A stretch of DNA of 63,081 nt, filler included, from Octopus bimaculoides (Eukaryota), in the NCBI RefSeq assembly GCF_001194135.2. It is 7 parts of 7 records of this genome, joined end to end, with 100 filler letters (N's around TTAATTAATTAA, not from the genome) between each part and the next. Parts side by side here need not be neighbours in the genome. Positions count along the whole stretch, not along the records: positions 36,373 to 49,129 come from NC_068990.1; positions 49,230 to 54,427 come from NC_068987.1; 5 more parts are not named here. One strand, 5' to 3'. A program made the position numbers and the translations under genes. Below, piece after piece: positions 38,819 through 49,941 of this stretch (position 1 is its first letter; every line of letters starts with the position of its first letter). The notes under the pieces were generated by a model. That model was not told the DNA's origin. It searched no databases and saw only the letters and a program-made list of their open reading frames with translations.

Positions 38819-40100
38819 TTAGGTCGTCAAGTATGAAATTTTTAGAAAAGAAAAAGTTTAGGAATGTTCTATAAATACAAAGAATAATTTTATTCATCTA
38901 AGTAAGCACCCATATTGTCAATACACTTTTGCCACTTCAGCAGTAGCTTGTCCAGCTCGGAACTGTAAAAGCCTGGCAATCTAGAGTCAATAAAATCTTA
39001 GAAGGCCTGTTTTCCAGCATCGTCGGAATTAAATTTTTTCCAATCAAAAAGTTATCCAAATTTTGGAAGAAGTGGTAGTCAGTGGGGGCAAGATCAGGTG
39101 AGTATGGTGAATGATGGAGAACTTCCAACTCCAACTCCTGCAGTTTCTCCAATGTCATTTTTGCGATGTGTGGTTTGGCGTTGTCTTGCAATAAAATAGG
39201 AGTGGATCTGTTGACTAATCTAGGCTGTTTTGTTTGTAAGTTTCCGCATCATTTAGTCCAGTTGGCTGCAGTATACTTCAGCCGTAATTGATGAGCCAGG
39301 TTTAATGAAGTCATAATGGATCACACTTGCGTCAGACCACCAAACACACACCATCAGCTTCTTTTGATGAATTTTGCTTTTTGGACTGTGTTTTGGTGGC
39401 TCATTTTTGTCCAACCATTGTGCTGAACGTTTACGGTTGTTGAAATTGATCCATTTCTCATCACATGTTACAACTCGATTAAAAAATGATTAACTTTTGT
39501 GACGAGAAAGTAGCATAATGCAGGCTTCCAAACATTGCTGTTTCTGATTTTCATTGAGTTCATGTAGAATTCAATTATCCAAACTTTTCACTTTACCGAT
39601 TTGAACTCAGGGAATCAATATTATTTGCTTGCTAACACCAAACAACAACGATAATTCACGGACACTGAGATGAATCTGACTCGACAGTGCCTTTCAGTTC
39701 GTCATTATCCACCTTTGTTTCTGGTCAACTGCTTTGCTCATTTGTGAGGTCAAAGTTACCAGAACGAAATTTTGCAAACCAATTTTATACTGTCTGATGT
39801 ATAATAACATTAGAATGAAATACTCCATTAATATTCTGAGTTGTCTGAGATGCTGTATTTCCAAGAAAGAACTCATATTTCAAAACTGTACGAATTTCCG
39901 ACTTATCCATCGCTAAACAAAAATAGCAAAAAACGATTTATAAATACTATATAAAGTGCAAAATGAGTTAGAATAAAGAAATAGATGCGTCAGCTTTCTA
40001 AAAAAAAATAAAGATTGCCAAAACATAATAATGGCGCAAAATGAGTAGCTGTCAAAGTTTACCCTATACCTTACTACAAATTTCATACTTGACGACCTAA
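38819..40100 (-). mobile_element. Full-length (1282 bp) decayed mariner DD34D transposon in the intron between exons A and B
   Basis: Has a 23-bp perfect TIR, TTAGGTCGTCAAGTATGAAATTT, at both ends, with TA flanks at 38817-38818 and 40101-40102. Motifs are RVVTCDEKWI, QDNAKPH and YSPDLAPTDY, with 34 residues between D2 and D3. The ORF is broken by stops and frameshifts. Confidence 0.95.
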
Positions 40101-40643
40101 TACATAGCTATGTATGTTGCATGTTTAAGGACGGGAACACTCTGACAACATAGCGTAGATGTAATCCTATTGTTCCATACAAATCGACTGGGTGTAGCTT
40201 TATTTGTTACGCTTCTTTGAGGCTCACTGCAAATTGGCATATATGTAAATAAATAAATGAATATACTTTCATTAATGTACACAGTTTCATTTACACACGT
40301 CGAGAGAATAGGAAATCATTTCGAAAATTAGCAAGTGTTTTTCAAAATTAGATCAATATGTGAAGCTGTGCTGAAGCGACAGAAATTTGGCAAAACCTCT
40401 TGAAAAATCATTATTGATAGACCCAAAATAAGCAGAGAGGAAGTTGTGTAAATTGTCAACGAGCCAAGATAAAAATGTCATCGGAAGAATATTGACTGAG
40501 TCGAACGGAAATTGTAGAATTGTATGAAAGTAATAATGAGTGGGAGTCTAAAAGATTAGTATTGAGTAGGAATGGTTGTTGTTGGTGTTTGGGAGAGGGT
40601 GAGTGTTGTCTCGACTAAATTTTTTTTTGAAGATTCTATATAT

Positions 40644-40697
<54 letters not shown>

Positions 40698-41057
40698 NNN
40701 NNNNNNNNNNNNNNNNNNNNNNNNNNNNNNNNNNNNNNNNNNNNNNNNNNNNNNNNNNNNNNNNNNNNNNNNNNNNNNNNNNNNNNNNNNNNNNNNNNNN
40801 NNNNNNNNNNNNNNNNNNNNNNNNNNNNNNNNNNNNNNNNNNNNNNNNNNNNNNNNNNNNNNNNNNNNNNNNNNNNNNNNNNNNNNNNNNNNNNNNNCGC
40901 ACGCATGCACGCCCGCACGCATGCACGCCCGCACGCATCTCTGTTGTTCGTTTCTACCGCACTCCTTGCAATGCTGTTATACTCCGTATTTTTATTTTCA
41001 GTTAAACTCAGTGAAATAAAACATGTTTTACTTGCTCTAATAATTCTTTCTAATTCT

Positions 41058-41254
41058 GGCACAAGGCCAACAATTTTGAGGGGAGGGGGAAGTTGATTAC
41101 ATCGACCCCAGTACTCGACTGGCAATTATTTTATTGAACCTTAAAAGATGAAAGGCAAAAATCAGCCTCTGCAGTATATAAACTTAGAACGTAAAAATCC
41201 GGATGAAATGCTGCTAAGCATTTTGTCCGACTCTCTAACGAATCTTCCAGCTCG
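41058..41254 (-). mobile_element. SINE family A copy (intronic)
   Basis: Colinear with 2233-2431, moderately diverged. Confidence 0.8.
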
Positions 41255-41708
41255 GTACTTCACTTGCAGTAGTAAAATAAGACTTTGGGAATGAGAAGGT
41301 TTGAACCAACAAATCTGTGTTTCATTCTCACAGAGACACTCACTCACATGGTCACTCTTAAGCTCGTGCAATGCACAATTCCACGGAAGAGAATTCTGTT
41401 TGGCTATTTCCTTCATTGATTTTCGACTTTATTCTTTAAAATCTTTGAAGATGGCTAAAAGGGATACCGAAACCTCGGCTAACTTCTTCTAAGATAAGAA
41501 CTGGAATATATTTTCCCTTATTAAATATCAACCAAATACAAAATATAAAATATATTTGGTTTAACAGATTTGTTGGCAAACTTTCTTGTTATTTGTTAGA
41601 AAACTAATGAAATATTGGTTTCTAATAACACAGAGATCAAATTCTAAGTTATTTATACGCACACAAACAAGATATAAATACACACACCACACATACATGT
41701 ATATACAA

Positions 41709-41745
<37 letters not shown>

Positions 41746-42821
41746 TGAGTGTGTGTTTAACTTATGTTGCCAACACCAGTATTACGTTTGTAATCTGAGT
41801 ACCAGTATCAGACCTCCATAATTTATCGCTAATCATTGATAGCTCCATTTATGACCACCCCCAACCAACACAATACGGCAAATAGAAGCATCAAGTCTGA
41901 TATTCAGAGCAACGAAGGAGGCTTTATAGCAATGGTTCTTAACTGTTTTTACTCACCGTTTCCTTCCTCCCCTCCATATGAATTCTTCCCCTCCAGTTTT
42001 TTGGTCTTCTATTCTCTGCACAAATCTTCAATGTATAAAACAGAGATGTTCATTTGAGGTGGTCCCCCAGGAAAGTCAGCAGGTCATCGGACAAAACGCC
42101 GCCGCCACCACCACGACCACCACGACCACCACTACCACGACGACGACCGCCGCCGCCGCCACCGCCACTACCACCAATAACTCTATAAGTATAAATATTA
42201 ATGTCATAAACTCCGCCTAACATCTGTCACATGAACACCATCGCTTTAGCCAACAATATGTCTGACAAATCTCATCGTTACCGTCAATGCTAATCAATTC
42301 TTAACTTAATTTACATAAATAATTCTTAAAATTTAATGTCGAAAACTTTGTTAGTATTATTGTCGATGATATTTTTGTTGTTGTTGTTGTTGTTGATGAT
42401 GATGATGATGATGATGTTATTACAGTTATCGTCACAGCAACAGCAGCAGCCATTAAATATCAATATTTTTCAATTAGACCTTCTCTTATTTCTCTTCGAT
42501 CTTGATCCCGCCATTTCAAGTAGTTTTTTTTCTTGATGGACGCCATTTTGTTTATGAGGCGAAGTAATTTGGAAGCGTTAATATTGTTTGATGGGAATAA
42601 ATATTTTACCACTTTCAAATTACGTAAATCATCGGAATTGAATGGATTAGAATGGATTAGATAACAACAAACGACAATTTTACTCATTAAAATATTGTTT
42701 TTTTGCTTTTTGATTTGCAAATAAATTTAAATTTTTCTCTTTTTCTTTATTGTAAAGTTCTTGTGGTTTCAGTTCTTAACACTTTCATTAAACAATGATA
42801 TCCACCCCCTCCACGTGTCCA

Positions 42822-42878
<57 letters not shown>

Positions 42879-42914
42879 GTACACATCATTATCTCTCCTC
42901 GTTTCTCTTCTCTC

Positions 42915-42964
<50 letters not shown>

Positions 42965-44029
42965 CGCACACAAATACACACACATCATCTCCCTATTGCT
43001 GTTTCTTCCTTGCTTTCTCCACTTACATACCTACATACCCACCTATCTATATATATATTATACGCACACTGACACACACACACATAAACACACACATACA
43101 CACACATTTATTTACATACATAAATACATACTTACATAATCATACATAAGTATGCATAGATACACATACATACCTAGATGTACCTTTTAAACTTACACTA
43201 TTCTCCATCCCACTCGTTCTCTCTCTCTATCTACAAGCCTGTCTGTATGGATGACTGTCTGTCTGTGTGTCTAATCAACTAACAAATGAATGTTATGTCT
43301 CAGTATTAATTAATTTAATTTTTCAACTCAAATAAACTCCTGATAGCACCAATACCTTGATGCTATTTCTCTCTTTCCTACAACAACTGTGTCACTAGTT
43401 TGAGCTATGCTACTTCTGCACGGTTAGAAATGGTGCCACGAAGTGCAGCATGGCCACAGCCAACAGTGTTTGAGATTTGTGTTTTGATTCCTGTGTTGTT
43501 CTTTCGTCAGTTTTAATCTTCTCAGTATGGCCGTTCGGTTTTGCGATTTCTGGTACAGCGTGATCAAACAAACGCATTTCAGTTGTGGCCGCTTGAAAAA
43601 GACTTAGTTTATCGACCTATACGAATGAAAGGCAAAGCTCCCCGGCCGGAATCGGAACTATGAACATAAAAGGGTTATAAACAATTACTACAGGAAATGT
43701 TGTACGATTCCCTACTAATTCCTCTCGTAGAATGAATCTTGAAGTATTCTTACACACAAATATGTTTAGATGTCCGTTACCTACGGAGGATTTTCTGAGG
43801 GCTAGACGCTACAACTACTTAGAAGAACGATGCAGTTAAGTGAAGCGAGAGGAGTTAGATAATGGTTTAGCAGAAAACTCTGCCGTCTTTGTCGAGAACT
43901 TGGAGTATATTTCCATGATTCATTCCTCAGCAAGTCACATGACTTTGAAATATATAGCATGTATGTGACATCAGAGGGTGCACTGGTACGATTAAAGTGG
44001 ATGACTCTTCGGTCATCGTGCCCTTCATC

Positions 44030-44032
44030 GCG

Positions 44033-44109
<77 letters not shown>

Positions 44110-44300
44110 GACTGTCTGTCTGTCTGCTTGCCTGCCTGCCTGCCTGCCTGCCTGTCTGTCTGTCTGTCTTTCTGTCTGTCCGTCCGTCCGTCCGTCCGTC
44201 CATGTATGTATGTATGTATGTATGTATGTATCTATCTATCTATCTTCTGTCTGTCTTTCTGTCTTTCTGTCTGTCCTTCCATCCATCCATCCGTCCGTCC
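44030..44300. repeat. Compound tetranucleotide microsatellite (TATC/TGTC/TGCC/TCCG/TATG/TCCA)
   Basis: Seen directly; a similar compound array lies at about 55110-55540. Confidence 0.9.
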
Positions 44301-44473
44301 ANNNNNNNNNNNNNNNNNNNNNNNNNNNNNNNNNNNNNNNNNNNNNNNNNNNNNNNNNNNNNNNNNNNNNNNNNNNNNNNNNNNNNNNNNNNNNNNNNNN
44401 NNNNNNNNNNNNNNNNNNNNNNNNNNNNNNNNNNNNNNNNNNNNNNNNNNNNNNNNNNNNNNNNNNNNNNNNN

Positions 44474-44521
<48 letters not shown>

Positions 44522-45457
44522 GTAAGTGTATGATGTGTGTGTTGGCAAATATTGAGCTAGCGTCTAAGATTAGCTTATCTAAAATTAAAATATAAGTCAA
44601 TAATATATGTGGAAGATAAAAATAGATAATAAAGAACTAGAAAGAATGAAATCCTTCATCTTTAGCAGAGAGGTTAAACATATTAATAATCTCCCATTTT
44701 ATTAAAACAACTTCATGTTTATCTCACTCTCAAATATTTATGCAATATGATATCGTGTTTTGATTAAATGAAATTATCCAAATTGATGAAAAACTTCCTG
44801 TAGGTGTTTAAGGTCTAAAAACAAGAATTCAGTCAGATAACGTTCGTTTGATTGAAATATTTGAACAACACAAACTGAAGTGGCTCTGGTCTTTAAAGCA
44901 GGTTTCGACCTCATTACATCTCCTCGGTGAAGCATTTCCTACTCAGCCGACATGTATAAGTGTTATCAATCAATAGATGTAACCTAAACATTTTTCTACT
45001 GGAATTCGGTCCGCAACATAGCTAAGTGGATATCAATGTTTCCAGCAATGTATAACATAGCAGCGAGGTGTCCCGTCTCAATTAATCCAGAGTTAATCCA
45101 GAATATATAATCAATCAAATTGCTAATTCACAATAATATATTTTCGAGTTCATTTTCGACTCTTCATTCAATTTAGACGTGATATTTTGCCGTGTCAGAC
45201 AACGTAGAGATTATCTTCGTCCCTGTGTAGCTACTTACAAATTTTAGACGAGACGACGACAGAGTCTTGGTTAGGGATAGATTAGCAGACAGCCACTTAT
45301 AGTTCAGCTCGAGAGAAGAACAAAAAAAAAAAAGAAACTAGTTCGATTTTAAAACAGTACACTGGTCCAGTAAACAAGCGAGGTGTGATTAACTTCCGAT
45401 CATTAGATCTCATGTGGTTTTTATTAAAATTAAAATCATAGCTCCGTGTTCATGTAA

Positions 45458-45496
<39 letters not shown>

Positions 45497-45497
<1 letters not shown>

Positions 45498-45940
45498 GAG
45501 CTCAGGTTGTGGTCACAATTATGTGGGCCAAACGAGCCTTACTTTGAGACGCAGAGTCACACTGCATAAAGAACAGATTCATTTCCCTCAATACAGGCAG
45601 ATAGCACTGAGCAGACATATCGCCAGATGCGCAAGTAATAAAACGCCGAATTTTCATATCTTCCCGTTATACCAATGCAAAGATTCAATCTCAGTACAAG
45701 AACGCCTAAACAAGGAAACCCGGTTCATACAAAAGTACAGACCACACTTCAATATACAACTTTGACCATTTAAAAAAAAAAAATCTACCACGGAGCCAGT
45801 TGTCCCCCTTGCCACCTGTTGCTCCCCTTGATTCCCTCTCTAAACTCATCATTCTTCTTATTCTTCAAACATCCAAAACTATCACTGTACAATGTCCCTT
45901 GAAAAGCTAATTTAAATAGTGAAAACCGGTTGGATTTCAT
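45497..45940 (+). mobile_element. Penelope-like element 3' fragment (GIY-YIG endonuclease C-terminal part plus terminal region)
   Basis: Reads SGCGHNYVGQTSLTLRRRVTLHKEQI.FPQYRQIALSRHIARCA....FHIFPLYQC......RLNKETRFIQKYRPHFN*. This has the C..C...YxGQT...R...H pattern and 'E..FI.K..P..N' end typical of PLE GIY-YIG domains. A hammerhead-like relic follows at 45893-45935. Confidence 0.8.
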
Positions 45941-46180
45941 GACATCCATACAATATGTATATATTTATAAAAAGATATTAAACTATATGAAACGAAGACA
46001 TTTCTCTTCCAGTTTTTATATTTGTTTTCCACATATTTTCAACTATGTATATATANNNNNNNNNNNNNNNNNNNNNNNNNNNNNNNNNNNNNNNNNNNNN
46101 NNNNNNNNNNNNNNNNNNNNNNNNNNNNNNNNNNNNNNNNNNNNNNNNNNNNNNNNNNNNNNNNNNNNNNNNNNNNNNTA

Positions 46181-46250
46181 CAGTGCTTCTCAAACTATCT
46201 GATGCGGCGTACCGGCAGTTTTGTTTTCCAAGTGTGCCAGGGACCGGTAA
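46181..46250 (+). mobile_element. Possible hAT-type terminal fragment
   Basis: Begins CAGTGCTTCTCAAACT, which resembles hAT/Charlie-type TIRs. A similar start, CAGTGGTTCTTTAAA, lies at 37684. No partner TIR was found. Confidence 0.35.
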
Positions 46251-46256
46251 TATTTC

Positions 46257-46299
<43 letters not shown>

Positions 46300-46494
46300 G
46301 CTATCTATCTATCTATCTATCTATCTATCTGTCTGTCTATAATTATCAATGAACCAATAAACTTTAAACGTCAACCATTTCTCTCCCCTCTTTTTACACT
46401 ACAGCTGTTTCTCTAAAATATTCTGTCTTCATGAAGGACGCAGCAAGAGAGTAAAATAGTGGCACAGCTGATGGAGTTGTGAAAGGTAACATAC

Positions 46495-46685
46495 CTTCGG
46501 TAAAATCCAATGGAGAGACATTGATATGACCCTTTCCAACATGAATCAAATGTTCTCGAAGTTTCTGAATTCCATCAAAACATAAAATTGGGTCCTTCTT
46601 GGAACCCATATCAACGTACTTTTCATGGGCACGCTTCAAGCCATCACATTCGGCGTCAGAGAGAAATTCTTCAAACATGTAGACA
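46495..46685 (-). CDS. Internal coding exon A (191 nt, phase 2 in, phase 1 out) of a prolyl 4-hydroxylase-like 2OG-Fe(II) oxygenase gene
   Basis: The minus strand reads acceptor ttctttcctctatttcag|TGTCTACATG and donor ACCGAAG|gtatgt. Translation is VYMFEEFLSDAECDGLKRAHEKYVDMGSKKDPILCFDGIQKLREHLIHVGKGHINVSPLDFTE(G). The start resembles the 'vy...nFLs.eECd.l' motif that opens P4Hc domains. It splices in frame to exon B. An alternative in-frame upstream acceptor (atacatcag|GAAGG, 46770) cannot be excluded. Confidence 0.85.
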
Positions 46686-47329
46686 CTGAAATAGAGGAAA
46701 GAAGTCTTCAACACTTTTCTGCAAATAGGCAATTTTTTTTGTGTGGATGTTGAGATCAACTTTATCCTTCCTGATGTATAAAAGCTACACAGGGGCACGA
46801 AAGCAAGTTTATGAAGTTATCAGGTGTCATGTGAACATCTGAATTTGTAAATGTAGGTGATAATTAGGAAACCATTGTAGTTGGGAGATTCTTTCACACT
46901 CCAAAGCTGTGGCATCACACAAGAATTCGGTGTCTAAGTGCTTGCTTATAAAACATTTGTTTTACTTCACCAAAAAACTATTTCTTTGTTACAAAAACAT
47001 TTCTGTGAATATCACCCAGATGAAAGCTTTTGCTTACATTTCGTCTTTGCATATTGCTGTTTCATTATGCAGAAATAATACAATAATAACTTCTTAGAAG
47101 GGGAAAAAGAATTGCTTTTCTGGTAAAGTTTGCCACGACAGAAAGTATCATTCAACATGAATGGTCGTTTTTAATTACCGACGATAGAAAGGCTAATTTG
47201 CTAAAGTAATGAATCTAATTAAATAATTAGATTTTATTCAAATTTATTAAATTTATTTTTCCTTAAGATTGATAAAACTTATTCAGAAAACGTAATCCAC
47301 TAAGAGTTACGTAGAAATCTAGGATTTGA

Positions 47330-47910
47330 ACAAACTAATAAATGGTATGAACATGAAGCTAATAAAGTACTAGAAAGTAAGAAATATAAGATGTTGTGGG
47401 ACTTCAGCATTCAGACTGACAGAGTAATAGAAGCTAGATGGTCTGATATGGTAGCAGCAATAGTAGTAGTAGATAAAGAGAATAGAAAGTACCACATAAT
47501 TGACTTTATAGTCTCAAATGATGAAGAAATCAACATGAGGGGTATAGAAAAAACAGCAAAGCACCAGGACCTAAAGAAATCAACATGAGGGGTATAGAAA
47601 AAATAGCAAGGCACCAGGACCTAGCCATTGAATTACAGAGACTATGGAAAGTGCAGATAAAATGTATCCCAGTTAGTTATAGGTGCCTTGGGAACTATCC
47701 CTAAAGATCTGAACAGATGGATAGAGGAAACAGGCATAAAAACCAGTTTAGCACAGCTCCAGAAAACAGTGTTATTAGGGACAGCTAGGATATTTAGGAG
47801 GTTCTTGGCATCTAAGGTTACTTGTTGTAGCCCGATGTTAGGAATTTTTCTTTTCCAACAGTCTAATCTGTTGTGTGCATATGAATGTAATAATTATAAT
47901 AATAATAATT
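47330..47910 (+). mobile_element. R4/Dong-like LINE 3' end: restriction-like endonuclease domain and short AAT tail
   Basis: Reads KWYEHE...LWDFSIQTDRVIEARWSDMV...DKENRKYHIIDF...LAIELQRLWK...IGALGTIPKDL.RWIEETGI...LQKTVLLGTARIFRRFL, followed by AATTATAATAATAATAAT. Confidence 0.85.
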
Positions 47911-48625
47911 GGAGCATTTGGCATGATAAAAAAACATGAACAAAAACGTAAAAACCATACTTGGATCCTCAACACTACACACTATTCAAAAAATAGCCCT
48001 GCTAGGAAAAACCCACATCCCACGCGAGGCACTATCAATTCAATGATACAGCATAAACAAAACAATCCACAAACACAAGACACACGCTATACAGCAAATA
48101 TCCAATGAAATAAACTACCACTAGCAGGCTAGAAACCCAATGCATTACACACACAACACAATGCAAACACTAATACAACAAAAGACTGCACCACACCTCA
48201 TAAAAAAAAGAAAAAGAAACTGACACAATACATTACCGGGAAGAGTTTTCACATTCCCCAAAGCAAAAAAGAACACACAATGCTGCACCCCAAACCATCA
48301 ATACGGAGAGTAGCAGGTGATGCAGTAGACATTTGCCTGAAACTACCAAATGTTGAATAATGACCATAATAATAGTAATAATGATGATGGTGGTGGTAGT
48401 AGTGGTGGTGATAATGATTACGATAATCGTTTCTAATATAATTTCTTTGCTGTCATGGTCCATGGAAACAAGAAAATGTTTCACAAAAGAGTTTCGAGAA
48501 AATGCAGGGACGTGCAACTGTGTGCTTGTATTAAAACTCAACAAGTGGTAAAGACGTTACGCAGTATATGGAACGACAAACTGAAACTCGATATGCATAT
48601 GTGTGTGTGTCTGTATGAGTGTTCG

Positions 48626-48658
<33 letters not shown>

Positions 48659-49737
48659 CTGTGTGTGTACATGTACATAAACATACACACACACATATAC
48701 TTATAAATGAATAAGTATACATCTATATAGAAGGGTAACTCACACCCACACAAACTAGAAGCCAGTATGTGCTTGTCATCAGACAAGATATATATAAATT
48801 TTTGTCGTGTGTGTGTGTGTGTATGTGTATGCACACACACACACACAGGAGTGCACACACAAAATAACACACATACATGGCACACATCCTTACGCTCTCA
48901 CACACATACGCACGCACACACACATAAACACACACATACACATACACGCACGCACACACACCTCTCACATACACAAACACACACATACACACACATACAC
49001 GTACACACATACACATATACACACATGCACACACGCATACACACCTCTCACATACACAATACTCACTCACATACACAACACACACTCACATAAACACGCA
49101 TATAACTACACACACAAGGGGCATAAATGNNNNNNNNNNNNNNNNNNNNNNNNNNNNNNNNNNNNNNNNNNNNTTAATTAATTAANNNNNNNNNNNNNNN
49201 NNNNNNNNNNNNNNNNNNNNNNNNNNNNNTTTAGTTGTTGTGGTGATAGAGTTTGTGATACTAGTGGTGTTGGTGGTGGTGCTAGTAGTGGTGGTAGTGG
49301 TAGTGGTCCTGGTGGGGTGGTGGTGTTAGCGATGGAGGTGACACGACGGCAATGACTTTAGTTAAATCTAAGTAAACGTCTAACCAATGAAACCCACAGA
49401 TCCCCTTTCAAGGAAGTAACACTGCTCTTGTTGTTGTTGGCTTTGAATGGTGTTCGTTCATTTATTAATTTTTACCTTAATTTTACCTTCCTCTTTTGTA
49501 CGTATGCATGCATGCATGCATGTATATATGTATTGTATGTACGTATTATACATGCATATGTGCATAAAAATATGTGTATATGCATGCATATGTGTATAAA
49601 TATATATGTATATATGAATGCATATATGTATGTATCTATGTAAGCATGTATGTACGTGTATGGATGCATACATGCTTGTACCTACATGGGGTTTATCTAT
49701 GTGTATATATGTATGACTATATCAATGTGAGTATATA

Positions 49738-49941
49738 CAGGGTGGCCCAAAAGTAGGTTTACAGTTATTCAACTATTTCTTTCGCATTCTTATATTAACA
49801 GTTTAGATCTTAATTATAAAAAAATATGAGACCATTATTCTATGCTAATTTAGTTAATTGTAAGATAGAAATTTAAATGTAATAAAATGCTTTAAAAGAA
49901 ATTTAAAGTACCTCTGTGATAACTGTAAACCTACTTTTGGG
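49738..49941. mobile_element. Tc1/mariner-type MITE (right end truncated)
   Basis: Left end reads TA|CAGGGTGGCCCAAAAGTAGGTTTACAGTTAT. The inverted copy ATAACTGTAAACCTACTTTTGGG lies at 49919-49941, with an AT-rich non-coding interior. Confidence 0.75.

Noticed and set aside
40097-40282. ORF containing 'FVWNN', superficially like a P4H late-domain motif
   Set aside because: It lies between exons A and B (the wrong position), overlaps the mariner TIR and lacks other motifs.
46686-46798. N-terminal extension of the ORF-track protein (MPLCSF...SFLYFS)
   Set aside because: Its 3' part is the polypyrimidine tract of the 46685 acceptor, so it is treated as intron. The alternative acceptor at 46770 is noted but unsupported.
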